Positions 58,785 through 59,459 of a stretch of DNA of 59,459 nucleotides are shown here, piece by piece. Made by a program: the position numbers and the translations under genes. The notes under the pieces were generated by a model, which saw nothing but the letters and a program-made list of their open reading frames with translations, did not search any database and was not told where the DNA came from. The first letter of the stretch is position 1. Each line of letters begins with the position of its first letter. Location: positions 1 to 59,459 of the forward strand of contig JBBRFY010000001.1 in assembly GCA_038241205.1 (NCBI GenBank), read 5' to 3'. The DNA comes from Cytophagales bacterium. Its GTDB lineage: Bacteria > Bacteroidota > Bacteroidia > Cytophagales > Cyclobacteriaceae.

Positions 58785-59053
58785 ACAAAACCCACTTTAT
58801 AAATGGCTTCGCGGAATCTTGAAATCTCACGTGTTATAAAAACTTATAATGATGTGGGTGTTGAGCCTAAGTCCTAGCGGGACGACCCTATGGTAGAATC
58901 AACAAATGAAATTAAGCAAAGCTCCGTAGGAGCGATCTTATTGGATTGTTGACAAAACCCACTTTATAAATGGCTTCGCGGAATCTTGAAATCTCACCGT
59001 GTTATAAAAACTTATAATGATGTGGGTGGTGAGCCTAAGTCCTAGCGGGACGA
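58785..59053. repeat. Near-identical ~101-bp direct repeat (period 167) interleaved with REP-like hairpins
   Basis: ACAAAACCCACTTTATAAATGGCTTCGCGG...GTCCTAGCGGGACGA at 58785-58885 and 58952-59053; GCTCCGTAGGAGC in the spacer. Confidence 0.9.
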
Positions 59054-59107
59054 ACTAATGTTGGAACTAACAACGGAAATAGAACGCTTGGAAAACAAAA
59101 TCAATCG

Positions 59108-59459
59108 TTAATTGAATTTTACATAGTTCTCCCATTTCTCAAGCACATCGGTAAAATCTTTTGGAAGCGTTGATTCAAATTGCATGAATTCTTTTGTTGC
59201 CGGATGTATAAATCCTAACGTCTTTGCATGCAACGCTTGCCGTGGAATAATATCAAAACAGTTTTCAACGAACTGCTTGTATTTTGTAAAGACGGTTCCT
59301 TTCTGAATTTGATTGCCCCCATAGGTAGCATCGTTAAATAACGTATGCCCCAGATGTTTCATGTGCGCACGAATCTGATGCGTGCGCCCCGTTTCTAATT
59401 TGCATTCCACCAACGATACATACCGAAGATCTTGCAATACCTTATAATGTGTTATGGCA
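59108..59459 (-). CDS. rluD: RluA/RluD family pseudouridine synthase, C-terminal part (continues beyond the window)
   Basis: LETGRTHQIRAH, RQALHAKTLGF.HP. Confidence 0.85.
   Translation of the reverse strand, partial: AITHYKVLQDLRYVSLVECKLETGRTHQIRAHMKHLGHTLFNDATYGGNQIQKGTVFTKYKQFVENCFDIIPRQALHAKTLGFIHPATKEFMQFESTLPKDFTDVLEKWENYVKFN

Noticed and set aside
58785-59053. CRISPR array or att-site duplication
   Set aside because: Only two ~101-bp copies, 66 bp apart; no cas or integrase gene.

Overview
A 59.5-kb stretch of AT-rich bacterial chromosome, most likely Bacteroidota of the Cytophagales type. This assignment rests on a PorZ-like type IX secretion gene, TAnnTTTG -7 promoter elements, many lipoproteins and Bacteroidota-style intergenic repeats. 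Housekeeping genes (tdk, porZ, recO, polA, lysA, prfA, tag, partial rluD) are interspersed with accessory genes: a SNF2 helicase, an Ate1/Bpt-like transferase, pirin, a di-haem cytochrome c, an AraC-TPR regulator/mddA/beta-barrel cluster, a HEAT/haem lipoprotein and tandem M1 peptidases with a HupE/UreJ gene. There is also a frameshifted RAYT transposase with REP-like hairpins, two other gene remnants and several REP/BIME-like repeat families. I saw no rRNA, tRNA, CRISPR array or prophage. The most notable item is a tight four-gene operon at 55030-57467. It encodes a 108-aa protein ending in a CPPxC motif, a 7-TM protein, a HisKA_3 kinase with no sensor domain of its own, and a NarL/LuxR regulator. 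It is followed by palindromic NarL-like boxes and a lone receiver gene. I infer that it may be an uncharacterised peptide- or redox-signalling system; this is untested. Also notable are three tandem Kazal-type lipoproteins with different predicted P1 residues, a PolA with degenerate proofreading motifs, and a 51-aa zinc-ribbon membrane microprotein missed by the ORF track. All calls come from reading motifs by eye; no database searches were run.
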